This document shows, piece by piece, positions 63,316 to 64,000 of a stretch of 64,000 bases of DNA; positions within the stretch are counted from its first letter, which is position 1; each line of letters starts with the position of its first letter. The stretch is from the NCBI RefSeq assembly GCF_004010195.1, contig NC_057718.1:86020683-86084682 (forward strand). The letters run 5' to 3'. The notes under the pieces were generated by a model. The model did not search any database. It was not told where the DNA came from and saw nothing but the letters and a program-made list of their open reading frames with translations. Both the position numbers and the translations under genes were made by a program. This DNA comes from Chiloscyllium plagiosum. Lineage: Eukaryota.

Positions 63316-64000
63316 TGACCCCAGTGAGACACAGGAGATCAGGTGTTGAGTGACATTGCAATAACATTCAAACAAGCACCAAGTCGATCTGTCAAAGGGA
63401 TTAACGTCCTGCTCAACACCACAATGTCACCTCAAGCTATGACCAGTGACAGGACCGTTGTGTTTCTGGCAAAGGTAACGCACGTACTGAAAAGGATGCT
63501 GGGACACACACCATCAACAAGTCCTGGTTAGTAAACCCCCAAGTCAACATCCATCCCTAAGACCAGCCAAATGAATGACAGCAATAACTACACATCCATC
63601 CTCATGTGCATGTATTTAATGAAGGTTATCAGCCATACCATTCCTGTAAAGACATCATAAATTATTCCCCGTGTTCTCCCATATGGACTCAGTGTGATTT
63701 CTTACATTGTTCCTGCCTGCTGCACTGTAGCCTTCCCCATGTGCTGCCAGTAGTCCTGGAGGCAGGCGACTGACTCTAATATCCCTTTGTCTGGAATGGC
63801 CTTGGGGGTGGTCCTCTGTTTGGCTGAGTCTGTCTGGGCCCTGACATGGTGAGGCTCTCCTGCATAGTGTCAGGAATCTCCTTCATCACCATGGCTCTCA
63901 GAAGCACTGGTATCAGTGGCAGAGGGGAGAGGAGTAACTGTCCCCATCAGGAGTGCCCTGACAGGTACTCCCCGATGGTGACTGCTCCTCCACATGTCCC

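Larger units (their letters stand above)
61530..63690 (+). mobile_element. Harbinger relic in the intron of the 60013-60927 paralog (interrupted by Penelope, gap and CR1)
   Basis: ORF 61581..61805 matches 35853..36161; 62406 MATGFRN; 63320-63685 is the reverse complement of about 34860-35190. Confidence 0.8.

Overview
Eukaryotic, repeat-dense DNA from a draft assembly with six N-gaps. The repeat complement (CR1/L2 LINEs with ATTCTRTG/ATAGAAC-type tails, tRNA-headed SINEs, Penelope-like elements, Tx1-like L1, Gypsy, Harbinger) suggests a cartilaginous fish; this is inference. The main content is a cluster of four rhodopsin-class GPCR loci resembling the GPR139/GPR142 family. One is an apparently intact two-exon gene on + (exon 1 at 33900-33969, duplicated at 36548-36617; exon 2 at 39327-40279; about 340 aa). 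Three are pseudogenes on - (10935-11529, 53798-54688, 60013-60927), each broken in a different way. A 2.6-kb tandem duplication gives the intact gene two near-identical first exons, and a Harbinger transposon relic sits in its intron. The most unusual non-coding signal is two families of short Penelope-type insertions carrying minimal hammerhead-ribozyme motifs, often as long palindromes with a motif on each strand. A Gypsy element has the Gmr1-like integrase-before-RT order. Repeat boundaries were read by eye and are approximate, and family assignments rest on remembered motifs, not database searches.
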